From Gemmatimonadales bacterium (lineage in GTDB: Bacteria; Gemmatimonadota; Gemmatimonadetes; Gemmatimonadales; GWC2-71-9), in contig DATBSM010000067.1 in NCBI GenBank assembly GCA_036559785.1, positions 1 to 32,440 of the forward strand: a stretch of DNA of 32,440 bases. Reading direction: 5' to 3'. Of the stretch, positions 17,761-26,796 are shown one piece after another; position 1 is the first letter of the stretch, and every line of letters starts with the position of its first letter. The notes beneath the pieces were generated by a model. That model was not told the DNA's origin. It searched no databases and was given only the letters and a program-made list of their open reading frames with translations. A program made the translations under genes and the position numbers.

Positions 17761-18239
17761 CGGTGGAGTCCTGCCACCGCCGACCGGCGTTCGCGCTTAC
17801 CCTGCCAGCGGGTAAGCCCCTCGTGAATCACTTCGGACATGAAGGCGTACGCCGCCTGGTACTCCTCCAAACGGTGGAGAACCTTGCGGCTACGGATCGG
17901 CAGGGTGGTGCGCGCCTCGCCGATGGCCTCATGGAAGCGCTGCCAGCGGGCCAGGCGTTGCGCCATCGTATGAGTGAAGAGGTCGGGCTGGACCCGGTAG
18001 TAGTCTCGTCGGTCCGACGGCCGGCTGTCCCGCTCCAGCACCCCGCGCTGCTGCAGCAGCCTCGCATTGGTGCTGACGCTACCCTTGCTCACTCCAAGCT
18101 CCGATGCCAGGTCGTCGAGCGAGCGGCAGTCTTCGCTCAGGAGCAGGAGTCCAAAGATGCGGCCGGCAATGCGGGGAAGGCCATCGGACTCGAGCGCCAG
18201 ACCCATCCGTTCGACAAAGTCCATCGTTTGTGCATTCAT
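17757..18239 (-). CDS. GbsR/MarR-family winged-helix transcriptional regulator
   Basis: 160 aa. FVERMGLALESDGLPRIAGRIFGLLLL ... LASELGVSKGSVSTNARLLQQRGVLER matches the GbsR/MarR HTH pattern. First gene of the unit. Confidence 0.85.
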   Translation of the reverse strand: MNAQTMDFVERMGLALESDGLPRIAGRIFGLLLLSEDCRSLDDLASELGVSKGSVSTNARLLQQRGVLERDSRPSDRRDYYRVQPDLFTHTMAQRLARWQRFHEAIGEARTTLPIRSRKVLHRLEEYQAAYAFMSEVIHEGLTRWQGKRERRSAVAGLHR

Positions 18240-18386
18240 GGCTCACCTCACTCCCGGGTCAGACGTAGAGCCGGGAGTAAAGTTAACGGCGTTCAGTATC
18301 AACTAAACGCCACCGCTCCAGCCTGCTCCGGGGAATATGAGCCGAGCGCGCAACCCGGGACATGGGCTGCGCGCTCGTGATCTCAT

Positions 18387-18398
18387 TACAAAATTGTA
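18387..18398. promoter_or_regulatory. AT-rich perfect 12-nt palindrome TACAAAATTGTA, candidate operator or promoter element for the regulator/RND/MoxR unit
   Basis: Read directly. It stands out in a GC-rich genome. It lies about 150 nt upstream of the regulator start and 20 nt downstream of the htrA stop. Function is inferred only. Confidence 0.3.
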
Positions 18399-18418
18399 GT
18401 GCTTTACTCGGTAGTGGT

Positions 18419-19996
18419 TTACTCGCCCAGGCGAATCCGCTCGATTCGATGGGTCTTGGCCTGCGTGTTGTAGAGCCTCAGGGTCACGATATCGCCCGCC
18501 TTGTCACCCTTGAGTGCCTGCTTCAGGTCGGCGACGCTCTTCACGGGCTTGTCTTCTACTGAAAGCAGGATGTCTGGCCCGCCGTTGTCCGGGTCCGCGA
18601 CCTCGCCCTGCGCCGGTCCACCGGCGGTTACTCCGGTGACCATCAGCCCACGCTGATCTGGCTTGAGCTCGAACTGCTGCACCGCGTCCTGATCGACAGG
18701 CTGGACGGTCAGGCCAAGCAGATCGATGTCGGCCGCAGCTTCTTCGCTGGAATTCGCCGATTCATCCGTGGCGCCCGCGTCGCCCGCTGCGGTCTCCCTG
18801 GGTGCCGACACTTCCTGGAGGCGCACCTCGAACGTCTTCCGTACGCCCCCCTTCCGCGCCACCTCGACTTTCACTTTCTCACCGGCCTTGCGGAAGGCGA
18901 CTTGCTGCTGAAGCTGGCCGACATACTCGACCGGCGTTCCGTCCACCGCCACGATGATGTCACCGGCCACAATCCCTGCCTTCTTGGCCGCCGAGCCTTC
19001 GCTGAAGTCCTGCACCAGCACGCCGCGAATCTCGGGAAGGCCGACATACTCGGCGTCGTTGGCGGTGGCGTTCTGAACGCTTACGCCCATCGCCACCCGG
19101 TCGACCCGGCCGCCGGCGATGATCTGATCCATGACCCGGTGGGCCAGGTCGATTGGAATGGCAAAACCATAGCCCGAGTAGAACCCGGTCTGGCTGGCGA
19201 TCGCTGAATTCACCCCGATGACTTCGCCTCGTACGCTGACCAGCGGGCCACCGGAGTTGCCCGGATTGATGGCCGCATCGGTCTGAATGAAGTCCTGGAT
19301 GCTGCGGTCGCTCTGCCCCGGCAACGCCAGGCTGCGCCCCTTCGCGCTGATAATGCCGGAAGTCACCGTGAAGGTGAGGTTGTCGCCCAGCGGGTTACCG
19401 ACCGCGAGGACCCACTCACCGACTCGCGCCGCACTGCTCTTGCCCAGGGGAGCGGGAACCAGGTTCTTGGCGTCGATCTTGAGCACGGCCAGGTCGGTGT
19501 TCGGATCGGTCCCGACGATCTTGGCCTTGAACTCATGCCGGTCGAGCAGGCGCACGGTGACCTGATCGGAGCCATCAACCACATGGTTGTTGGTCAGGAT
19601 GTAGCCATCCTTGGAGACGATGAAGCCGGAGCCGGAGCCTTCCCGGAACCGGGGCTCCTCGGGCTGCTGGGGCATATTCCGGAAAAACTCTTCGAAGCCG
19701 GGAGGCACCTGCATCCGCGGTCTCGCCTGGGGGCCGCGGCGTGTGGTCTGGGCCTTCTGGCCGGACCTGATGTATACGACGCTCGGTTTGACGTGCTCGG
19801 CGACGGAGGCAAAGGCTTCGCTCAGATCCTGAAGCGAGGCGGCGCCGGCCGGCAGCTTTGAGACCGCAGTGGAGACCGCCTGCTGCTGGGCCGACGACTG
19901 AAAGGGTAGTTGTAGCAGGCCCGCGACCAGCAGGCCAAGGGCAAATGCGAATCCGACGCCACTGGTTCTGATGCGGCGCAGCCATCCTTCGGACAT
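18419..19996 (-). CDS. htrA: HtrA/DegP-family periplasmic serine protease with two PDZ domains
   Basis: Catalytic triad contexts TNNHVV (His), DLAVLK (Asp), GNSGGPL (Ser). Two PDZ-like regions. N-terminal TM anchor. Start set at ATG 19996 (MSEGWLRR, AGGAG 7 nt upstream); the longer ORF to 20206 would overlap the divergent gene. Confidence 0.9.
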   Translation of the reverse strand: MSEGWLRRIRTSGVGFAFALGLLVAGLLQLPFQSSAQQQAVSTAVSKLPAGAASLQDLSEAFASVAEHVKPSVVYIRSGQKAQTTRRGPQARPRMQVPPGFEEFFRNMPQQPEEPRFREGSGSGFIVSKDGYILTNNHVVDGSDQVTVRLLDRHEFKAKIVGTDPNTDLAVLKIDAKNLVPAPLGKSSAARVGEWVLAVGNPLGDNLTFTVTSGIISAKGRSLALPGQSDRSIQDFIQTDAAINPGNSGGPLVSVRGEVIGVNSAIASQTGFYSGYGFAIPIDLAHRVMDQIIAGGRVDRVAMGVSVQNATANDAEYVGLPEIRGVLVQDFSEGSAAKKAGIVAGDIIVAVDGTPVEYVGQLQQQVAFRKAGEKVKVEVARKGGVRKTFEVRLQEVSAPRETAAGDAGATDESANSSEEAAADIDLLGLTVQPVDQDAVQQFELKPDQRGLMVTGVTAGGPAQGEVADPDNGGPDILLSVEDKPVKSVADLKQALKGDKAGDIVTLRLYNTQAKTHRIERIRLGE

Positions 19997-20168
19997 ATCA
20001 ACTCCTGCATGAGCTTGCGATGGGGTCGGAGCCGAATTGCCCCGATCGAGTAGTGGGATGCCTGTGGGGGAGGTTCCGTCGCGCGACGCCTGAAACGGGC
20101 CCGGCCCGGCGACCGTACGGCTCACATCCGCCTTAGCACCAACCCTCACCCCCGATTCTGGATTCTCT

Positions 20169-20621
20169 ATGAGACTGGCCCTGAAGGCCCTAGTGCTTTT
20201 ATCCATCGTAATGGCTGGAACGGCACGAGCTCAAACCGCCGCCGACTCGGCGGCCATCCGCGCCACGGCACTCGACTATGCCGAGGGCTGGTATGAAGGA
20301 AACGCCGACCGAATGGCCCGGGCACTGCATCCCGAGCTGGTGAAGCGGATCGTGGTTCGGGATACCACCACGGGCAAGAGCATGGTGCAGGGCATGGGTG
20401 CCTCCGTGCTGGTCAACAGCACCCGGCACGGTTACGGCAAGGAGACACCCAAGGAGCGGCAGCAGAAGGAAGTGGCCATCCTCGACATCTTCGGGAATGC
20501 GGCCAGCGCCAAAGCGGTGATGGCGGATTGGGTGGACTACATGCAGCTCGGCAAGGTGGATGGCAGGTGGCTCATTGTGAACGTGCTGTGGGAACGGAAG
20601 CCCAAACCAGGGCATCCCTGA
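20169..20621 (+). CDS. Secreted NTF2-like (SnoaL / putative lumazine-binding-type) protein
   Basis: 150 aa. Signal peptide LVLLSIVMAGTARAQ. The pattern ALDYAEGWYEGNADRMARALHPEL ... DGRWLIVNVLW is typical of NTF2-fold proteins. Confidence 0.7.
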   Translation: MRLALKALVLLSIVMAGTARAQTAADSAAIRATALDYAEGWYEGNADRMARALHPELVKRIVVRDTTTGKSMVQGMGASVLVNSTRHGYGKETPKERQQKEVAILDIFGNAASAKAVMADWVDYMQLGKVDGRWLIVNVLWERKPKPGHP

Positions 20622-20698
20622 GTGTGCCGCCGCTTTCCCGGCTCGTCGTATAGACTTCACTGGTAGCTCAACCAGACCCCTGACTGTTGGAGAAGCAG

Positions 20699-22690
20699 AT
20701 GGATAGCGGTTCCCCTGTTCGACTGCGTGCGTTTGGCGGCCTGTTGCTCATCACGGCTATCTCTGCCTGCGGCGGCGGCCATAGCGCGCCGCCGGTTGCC
20801 GCTGCCACCCCGGGAACGACGAGCTCCGCTGTCCGGGGCCTGGCGGTGCCGGTCTCGGAAGCATTCGAGGCTGCGATAGCCAACGGCACCCGAACGCGCA
20901 CCGGCACCCCGGGACCTCGCTACTGGCAGCAGTGGACCGACTACCGCCTGGAGGCCGAGCTCAATCCGATCTCCAAGCGGCTGACCGGGCAAGGGACGAT
21001 CACCTATCACAACCGGTCGCCCAACACGCTGAACGAGGTGTATGTCCAGCTGCTCCACAACCTCTTCGCGCCGGGCGCCCGGCACAACACCGACGTTCCC
21101 TGGTCGGTCGAAGGGGTCGAGCTCAGCCGGGTTGCCGCACAAGGCCAGGCCCTCAAGGCGAGTGAAAAGGAGGAGGGCCCGGGCTACAAGGTGGATGGCA
21201 CGATTATGCGGATCCGGCTGCCGAAGCCGTTGCCGCCGGGCGGGACCGCGGCGTTCGACTTCGCCTGGAAACTCCGGATTCCACCCGATGGCGCGCCTCG
21301 GGGCGGTCAGGACGGTGAGACGTTCTTCATCAACTATTGGTATCCCCAGATGGCCGTGTACGACGACGTCAACGGCTGGCAGATCGACCAGTACCTGGGG
21401 AACGCCGAGTTCTACATGGGATACGGCAATTACGACGTTGCCTTGACGCTGCCGGCAGGCTGGCTGGTGACCTCCACGGGCACGCTGCGCAACGCGACCG
21501 AGGTTCTCTCCAGCCAGACCCGGGCTCGGCTGGACTCGGCAAGTCATGCTCGAGGCATCGTACGGGTTGTGACGGAGGCCGATCGCAACCCGGGGACCTC
21601 GACCACGGCCGGGACAGACGGCAAGCTCACCTGGCGTTTCCAGGCGGACAGCGTGCGCGACGTTTCCTGGGCCACCTCGGCCAGGTATCTCTGGGATGCA
21701 ACCAACGCCGCAGTCGGCGATGCGAACGGCGACGGCCGCCCCGATACCACGGCGATCAATGCCTTCTACCGCCCCGAGCTGCGTGCCAGCCATTGGGATG
21801 AAAGCGCGCGCTACAGCCGGCACTCGGTGGAATTTTTCTCCCGGCACCTGCTGCCGTATCCCTATCCGCACATGACAGCGGTGGACGGGCCGACGTCGTG
21901 CGGCGGGATGGAGTACCCGATGATGACCTGCATCGGTGGACAGTGGGACACGCTTGGTCTGTACGAGGTCACGACGCATGAGATCGGGCACATGTGGTTC
22001 CCCATGCTGGTTGGCTCGGACGAGAAGCGGTACGCCTGGATGGACGAGGGGCTCACCCAGTTCGACCAGTCTCAGGCCATGGCCGATTTCTTCAAGGGCT
22101 TCGATGACGAGGAGCGTAATCGCAGGAACTATCTCGGCCTCGCGGAGGGTGGGGGCGAGGTCGAGCTCATGCGGCACGGCGACCGGTACCCATCCTACGG
22201 CGCGTACGGTGTCGCCAGCTACTACAAGCCGGCCACCGTGCTCGTTGCACTCCGGGGGGTACTGGGCCGGGACACCTTCAACAAGGCGTACACGGAATAC
22301 GCTCGACGCTGGCTGTACAAGCATCCGCGGCCGTTCGACCTGTTCCACACCTTCGAGGATGTCTCGGGTCAGGACCTGTCCTGGTTCTGGCGCACCTGGT
22401 TCTACGAGACCTGGAAGCTGGACCAGGCTATTGATTCCGTCAGTCCCTCGGGCGACTCGCTCGATGTGGTAATCGAGAACCGTGGAAAGGCTCCGATGCC
22501 GGTGCATCTGGCGGTCACCCGCACCGATGGACAGGTGCAGGATCTCACCATTCCCGTGACCGCATGGCTCGGCGGGGAGCATCGGCGGACGTTACGCATT
22601 GCGCGAGAGCCGGCGATCAAGGACATCGAGATCGATCCCAAGAGGGATTTCCCCGACGTCGACCGAAGCAATCAAGTGTGGCCCCGCTAA
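20699..22690 (+). CDS. M1-family zinc metallopeptidase lipoprotein
   Basis: HEIGHMWF plus WMDEGLTQF gives the HExxH-x18-E zinc site. GGMEYP sits at the position of the GAMEN motif. Lipobox ISAC. Start at ATG 20699 with GGAGAA upstream; the ORF track starts at TTG 20687. Confidence 0.9.
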   Translation: MDSGSPVRLRAFGGLLLITAISACGGGHSAPPVAAATPGTTSSAVRGLAVPVSEAFEAAIANGTRTRTGTPGPRYWQQWTDYRLEAELNPISKRLTGQGTITYHNRSPNTLNEVYVQLLHNLFAPGARHNTDVPWSVEGVELSRVAAQGQALKASEKEEGPGYKVDGTIMRIRLPKPLPPGGTAAFDFAWKLRIPPDGAPRGGQDGETFFINYWYPQMAVYDDVNGWQIDQYLGNAEFYMGYGNYDVALTLPAGWLVTSTGTLRNATEVLSSQTRARLDSASHARGIVRVVTEADRNPGTSTTAGTDGKLTWRFQADSVRDVSWATSARYLWDATNAAVGDANGDGRPDTTAINAFYRPELRASHWDESARYSRHSVEFFSRHLLPYPYPHMTAVDGPTSCGGMEYPMMTCIGGQWDTLGLYEVTTHEIGHMWFPMLVGSDEKRYAWMDEGLTQFDQSQAMADFFKGFDDEERNRRNYLGLAEGGGEVELMRHGDRYPSYGAYGVASYYKPATVLVALRGVLGRDTFNKAYTEYARRWLYKHPRPFDLFHTFEDVSGQDLSWFWRTWFYETWKLDQAIDSVSPSGDSLDVVIENRGKAPMPVHLAVTRTDGQVQDLTIPVTAWLGGEHRRTLRIAREPAIKDIEIDPKRDFPDVDRSNQVWPR

Positions 22691-22699
22691 CTTAGAGGC

Positions 22700-24895
22700 A
22701 TGCCTCGCGTCCTGATTGTAGCCAACCGCCTTCCTATCACCGTTCGGGCAACCGATACGGGGGTCGAAGTCCAGCGGAGCTCGGGGGGGCTGGCAACCGG
22801 GCTGCTCCGGCCCCACGAGCAATCGGGTGGTCTCTGGATTGGATGGGCGGGTGCATCTGAGGACCTGACGGACGCCCAGCGTTCCCAGCTGGCTGAGCAG
22901 CTCGCTGCCATGCGGTTGGTGGCGGTTCCCCTCACTGCCGATCAGGTGACCCGCTACTACGAGGGGTTCTCCAACGGGGTCCTGTGGCCCCTCTTCCACT
23001 ATCTCCTCGATCAGGTGCCGCTCCACGTGCGTGACTGGGATGCCTACGTGGAGGTGAACGAGAAATTCGCGGATATCGTGGCAGAGCAGTACCAAACGGG
23101 CGACCTCATCTGGGTGCACGACTACCAGTTGTTCCTCCTTCCAGGCTTTCTGCGCCAGCGCCTGCCCGATGCCCAGATCGGCTTCTTCCTGCACATCCCG
23201 TTTCCCTCCGAGGAGCTCTTCCGCACCCTGCCGGAGCGCGACCGACTGCTTCGGGGACTGCTGGGTGCCGATCTCATCGGCTTCCACACGCCGGCCTATC
23301 TCCGTCACTTTGCCGCATCCCTCACGCAGCTGGGTCTTACGGTGGACATCGACCGGGTCCAGCTCACCGATCGGGAAGTGCGGCTGGGCGTGTTTCCCAT
23401 GGGCATCGACGCGGAGTTCTTCCGCAACCTCGCGGAGGACCCGGCGGTGCAGGCGGAAGTAAAAACCCTGAGGGGCGACGAGAGCGTCCGCCTGCTGGTG
23501 GGGATCGATCGGCTGGACTACACCAAGGGCATTCCCCGCCGGCTCCTGTCGTACGAGAAGATGCTGCAAACCCACCCGGAGCTGTGCGAGCGGGTGCGGT
23601 TGGTCCAGGTCGCGGTGCCTTCTCGCACCGGCGTCGGGGCGTACCAGGGCTTCCGGGCCCTGGTCGACGGGCTGGTTGGCCGAATCAATGGCGACTTCGG
23701 AACTCCGCGCTGGGTGCCGGTGCACTACATCTACCGTTCCCTATCGGAGCCGGAGCTGGTGGCGCTGTACCGGGCAGCCGACGTCATGCTGGTCACTCCG
23801 CTGCGCGACGGCATGAATCTCGTGGCGAAGGAGTTCATCGCCTCCCGGACCGACGGGGATGGGGTCCTGGTCCTGAGCGAGTTTGCCGGCGCGTCCTGGG
23901 AGCTGCCTGAGGCGGTGCAGGTCAATCCCTACGACGTGGATGGGATGGCCGAGGCGTGCTATCGAGCGCTCATGATGGATCCGGAGCATCGGAAGACGCG
24001 GCTGGCCCCGCTCCGGATGCGGGTGGACACCTACGATGTGCACCGCTGGGCCGCCACTTTTCTGGAGCAGCTCGAGACGATCACTCGCCGCATCACCACC
24101 TCTATTCGGTCACCCGCCGGAGCAGCCGCCGCACGGCAGGCGCTGCTGGAGCGTCAGCGAGAGACGGAAGATCTGTTGGTTTTTCTGGACTACGACGGCA
24201 CGCTGGTCCCCTACACGGCGACGCCTGAGCTCGCGCGGCCGGACGCGGGCCTGCTGGAGCTCCTCGAAGGGCTGGCCAGCCGTCCCAGAACCGAGCTGCA
24301 CGTGGTCAGCGGCCGGGCTCGCGAGGCGCTGGAGCGCTGGCTGGGCGCGCTGCCGATATCGCTTCATGCCGAGCACGGGTTCTGGTCACGGCCTCCGGGC
24401 GAATCGGAATGGATCCCCGCAGCAGAGGTCACCGGCGAATGGCGGGAACCGGCGCTGGCGATCCTGCGGGATATCACCGCCCGCACTCCAGGGTCGCTGA
24501 TCGAGGTAAAGTCGGTGGCGCTGGCCTGGCATTACCGCATGGCGGACCAGGAGGCCGGTGCCCGGCGAGCGAATGAAGTCCGCCTGCACCTTTCCCAGCT
24601 GCTGAGCAACCAGCCGGTGGAGATCCTGGCCGGTCACAAGGTCCTCGAGATTCGCCCTCATGGAGTCCACAAGGGCCGCATCGTGCCGCCGCTCTCCCCC
24701 GAGAGACTGGCAGCCACCACCGTGCTCGCGGTCGGAGACGATCGCACCGACGAAGACCTTTTCGCGGCCTTGCCCCCCGAAGCGATCACCGTTCGGGTGG
24801 GTCCCGGTCCTACCCGGGCACGCTTCCGTGTCGACGGCGTTGCGGCGGTAAGGGCCTTGCTGCGGTCGCTGGTCGAGGCCGAGGTTCCCAGATAG
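22700..24895 (+). CDS. Bifunctional trehalose-6-phosphate synthase (GT20, OtsA-like) fused to trehalose-6-phosphate phosphatase (HAD, OtsB-like)
   Basis: 731 aa. OtsA motifs: [64 protein letters not shown]-terminal HAD motifs: [31 protein letters not shown]. Confidence 0.92.
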   Translation: MPRVLIVANRLPITVRATDTGVEVQRSSGGLATGLLRPHEQSGGLWIGWAGASEDLTDAQRSQLAEQLAAMRLVAVPLTADQVTRYYEGFSNGVLWPLFHYLLDQVPLHVRDWDAYVEVNEKFADIVAEQYQTGDLIWVHDYQLFLLPGFLRQRLPDAQIGFFLHIPFPSEELFRTLPERDRLLRGLLGADLIGFHTPAYLRHFAASLTQLGLTVDIDRVQLTDREVRLGVFPMGIDAEFFRNLAEDPAVQAEVKTLRGDESVRLLVGIDRLDYTKGIPRRLLSYEKMLQTHPELCERVRLVQVAVPSRTGVGAYQGFRALVDGLVGRINGDFGTPRWVPVHYIYRSLSEPELVALYRAADVMLVTPLRDGMNLVAKEFIASRTDGDGVLVLSEFAGASWELPEAVQVNPYDVDGMAEACYRALMMDPEHRKTRLAPLRMRVDTYDVHRWAATFLEQLETITRRITTSIRSPAGAAAARQALLERQRETEDLLVFLDYDGTLVPYTATPELARPDAGLLELLEGLASRPRTELHVVSGRAREALERWLGALPISLHAEHGFWSRPPGESEWIPAAEVTGEWREPALAILRDITARTPGSLIEVKSVALAWHYRMADQEAGARRANEVRLHLSQLLSNQPVEILAGHKVLEIRPHGVHKGRIVPPLSPERLAATTVLAVGDDRTDEDLFAALPPEAITVRVGPGPTRARFRVDGVAAVRALLRSLVEAEVPR

Positions 24896-24921
24896 GCCCG
24901 CGCCAGCCACCCGGGCTTGCG

Positions 24922-26241
24922 GTGCTGTTCTTCACCGAGCTCTGGGAGCGTCTCGCGTACTACGGGATGCGCGGCCTGCTCATCCTGTACCTCATCGATA
25001 CCACAACTGGCGGACTCGGCTGGACCCAGGAGAGCGCAAGCCGCCTCTATGGGTGGTTCACGGGCTTGGCTTATCTGACGCCGGTGCTGGGTGGCTGGCT
25101 GGCCGATCGATACCTGGGGACCAGACGTACGCTCGCGGTCGGCGGGTCGGTACTCTCGCTCGGGTACTTTACCCTCGCTCTGGGGCAAAACTGGTCCTTC
25201 TACGCCGGACTGGGACTGATTGTGCTGGGTACCGGCTTCTTCAAGCCCAATGGCTACACCATGGTGGGCCAGCTCTACGAAGCCGCCGATCCCCGCCGGG
25301 ACCCGGGCTTCACCATCTACTACATGGCGATCAACCTGGGCGCGCTGTTCGGGCCGCTGGTTTGCGCCTGGCTGGCCACTGATCCTCGCTACGGCTGGTC
25401 GTACGCGTTTGCCGCATCGGGCACGGGAATGCTGATCGGACTGCTGTTCTACCTCTGGGCCCGGCGGTATCGGCTCCAGGGTATCGGGCTTCCGCCGCCG
25501 CCGCAGGGGGAAAATCGGTTTCGTTGGGCTCCGTTGACACCGGCGGAGCGAGGCCGGATTCTGGCGGTGGCCATTGTTACGATCTTCGTGGCGTTCTTCT
25601 GGCTGGCCTTCGAACAGGTCGGCTCCTCGCTCAACGTCTTCGCCGCTCACCGAACCGACCGAGTCCTGAGCGGCTGGCTGGGCCGGGCCGTGCCGGGTTG
25701 GGAAATCCCGGCCGCCTGGTTCCAGGCCATCAATCCGTTCTTCGTGCTGCTGCTGGCGCCGCTGATGGCGGGGCTATGGCGCCGCCTCGGCGCTCGGGCG
25801 CCGAGCACGCCTGCCAAGATGGCCCTGGGGCTGATCCTGCTAGGGCTCGCGTATGTGGTGATAGTGATCGGTGCAGCTCAGGGGGAGGAGGGAGCCCGGG
25901 TCAGCCCATGGTTCCTGGTGCTGTTCTACTTCGTGTTCAGCTGTGGTGAGCTCTGTTTTCTTCCGGTGGCCATCTCGTTCGTGAGCCAGACCGCGCCGAC
26001 CAGACTCGCGTCCCTGCTTATGGGATCCTGGCTCACCGCGAATTTTTTCGCGAGTCTGACCGGCGGGTATGTGGCGGGCATGGTTCAGCGTATCGAACGA
26101 GGCGAGCTCTTCACCGTGCTCGGCGGCCAGGCAGACTTCTTCCTGATTTTCGTGGGATCATGTCTGCTGGCCGGCTGCCTGCTTGGACTACTGGTTCCTA
26201 CCCTCAAGCGGCTGATGGGAGAAAGGCCCGCTCAGGCCTGA
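24922..26241 (+). CDS. POT/PTR2-family proton-dependent oligopeptide transporter (MFS)
   Basis: ELWERLAYYGMRGLLILYL (ExxERFxYYG signature). FYMAINLGALFGP (PTR2 signature 2). Multiple TM segments. GTG start leaves an unusually short N-terminus (see findings). Confidence 0.88.
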   Translation: MLFFTELWERLAYYGMRGLLILYLIDTTTGGLGWTQESASRLYGWFTGLAYLTPVLGGWLADRYLGTRRTLAVGGSVLSLGYFTLALGQNWSFYAGLGLIVLGTGFFKPNGYTMVGQLYEAADPRRDPGFTIYYMAINLGALFGPLVCAWLATDPRYGWSYAFAASGTGMLIGLLFYLWARRYRLQGIGLPPPPQGENRFRWAPLTPAERGRILAVAIVTIFVAFFWLAFEQVGSSLNVFAAHRTDRVLSGWLGRAVPGWEIPAAWFQAINPFFVLLLAPLMAGLWRRLGARAPSTPAKMALGLILLGLAYVVIVIGAAQGEEGARVSPWFLVLFYFVFSCGELCFLPVAISFVSQTAPTRLASLLMGSWLTANFFASLTGGYVAGMVQRIERGELFTVLGGQADFFLIFVGSCLLAGCLLGLLVPTLKRLMGERPAQA

Positions 26242-26256
26242 GCCCGGGCGGTAACG

Positions 26257-26676
26257 TTAACGGGGAGGCACCGAGGCCGGGTCGATGTGTCTCAGCGCCC
26301 GCCTGGCGGAGGCCGCGATTTCGTCGTTGATCTCCTCATCCACCATTGTCACCAGGCGGGGCACCGCGGCCTTGGCGGCCGGGCCGATCTCCAGCAGGGC
26401 TATGGTGACGGGGAAACGGACGGCAGCCGAAGGATCGTCGAGAGCCGCAATCAAGGCGGGCACGGCCGCGGCGGCCGCGGGGCCCATGCTGGCGATCTCG
26501 TATGCCGCCGCGTTTCTGCTCTGGGGCGCTAACGCCTTGAGGTCGGCGATCCACTCGGTCAGCGTCCGCCCGTCGGAAACGGGCTCCTTTGGCACGGCGG
26601 TCGCCGTCTGACTGTGGGCCAGGGAAGCCAGTAGCAGTGGCATCACCCCGAGGCTTCCCAATACTCGTTGCAGCAT
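26257..26676 (-). CDS. Secreted HEAT-repeat (PBS-lyase HEAT-like) protein
   Basis: Signal peptide MLQRVLGSLGVMPLLLASLAHSQTA from ATG 26676 (GGGAGA upstream). Repeats of the type AAAAVPALIAALDDPSAAVR / AAKAAVPRLVTMVDEE. Confidence 0.7.
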   Translation of the reverse strand: MLQRVLGSLGVMPLLLASLAHSQTATAVPKEPVSDGRTLTEWIADLKALAPQSRNAAAYEIASMGPAAAAAVPALIAALDDPSAAVRFPVTIALLEIGPAAKAAVPRLVTMVDEEINDEIAASARRALRHIDPASVPPR

Positions 26677-26796
26677 CTTTTGTCTCCCTGCGTCGTTGTC
26701 GATCCCGCGATTCGGCGGGCACATTGGGAATATAGTCCCGCCAGCCTCGCTGGACCGAAACCGGCGGCTGACGGTCACCGTACCGTGTAGGAGCCC

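Noticed and set aside
20049-20077. ECF-sigma (sigmaE-like) promoter upstream of htrA, based on a GGAACC -35-like motif on the minus strand at 20072-20077.
   Set aside because: I found no convincing -10 element (CGTC/TCTGA-like) at the right spacing. A 5-6-nt match alone is expected by chance.
20657-22582. 641-aa ORF antisense to the M1 peptidase gene. Similar long antisense or shifted ORFs occur at 350-1774, 1865-3070, 10321-11346, 13933-15351, 22592-23725, 24658-25650 and 28621-29358.
   Set aside because: Their translations are Arg/Pro/Gly-rich and low in complexity, with no recognisable motifs. Each lies exactly opposite or out of frame to a gene with strong family signatures. This is the expected stop-codon-poor shadow of a high-GC genome.
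26242-26256. CGTTAACG palindrome between the convergent POT and HEAT genes as a terminator or restriction-type site.
   Set aside because: It is an 8-nt self-complementary sequence in a 15-nt gap. It is too short for a stable terminator hairpin and there is no U tract.
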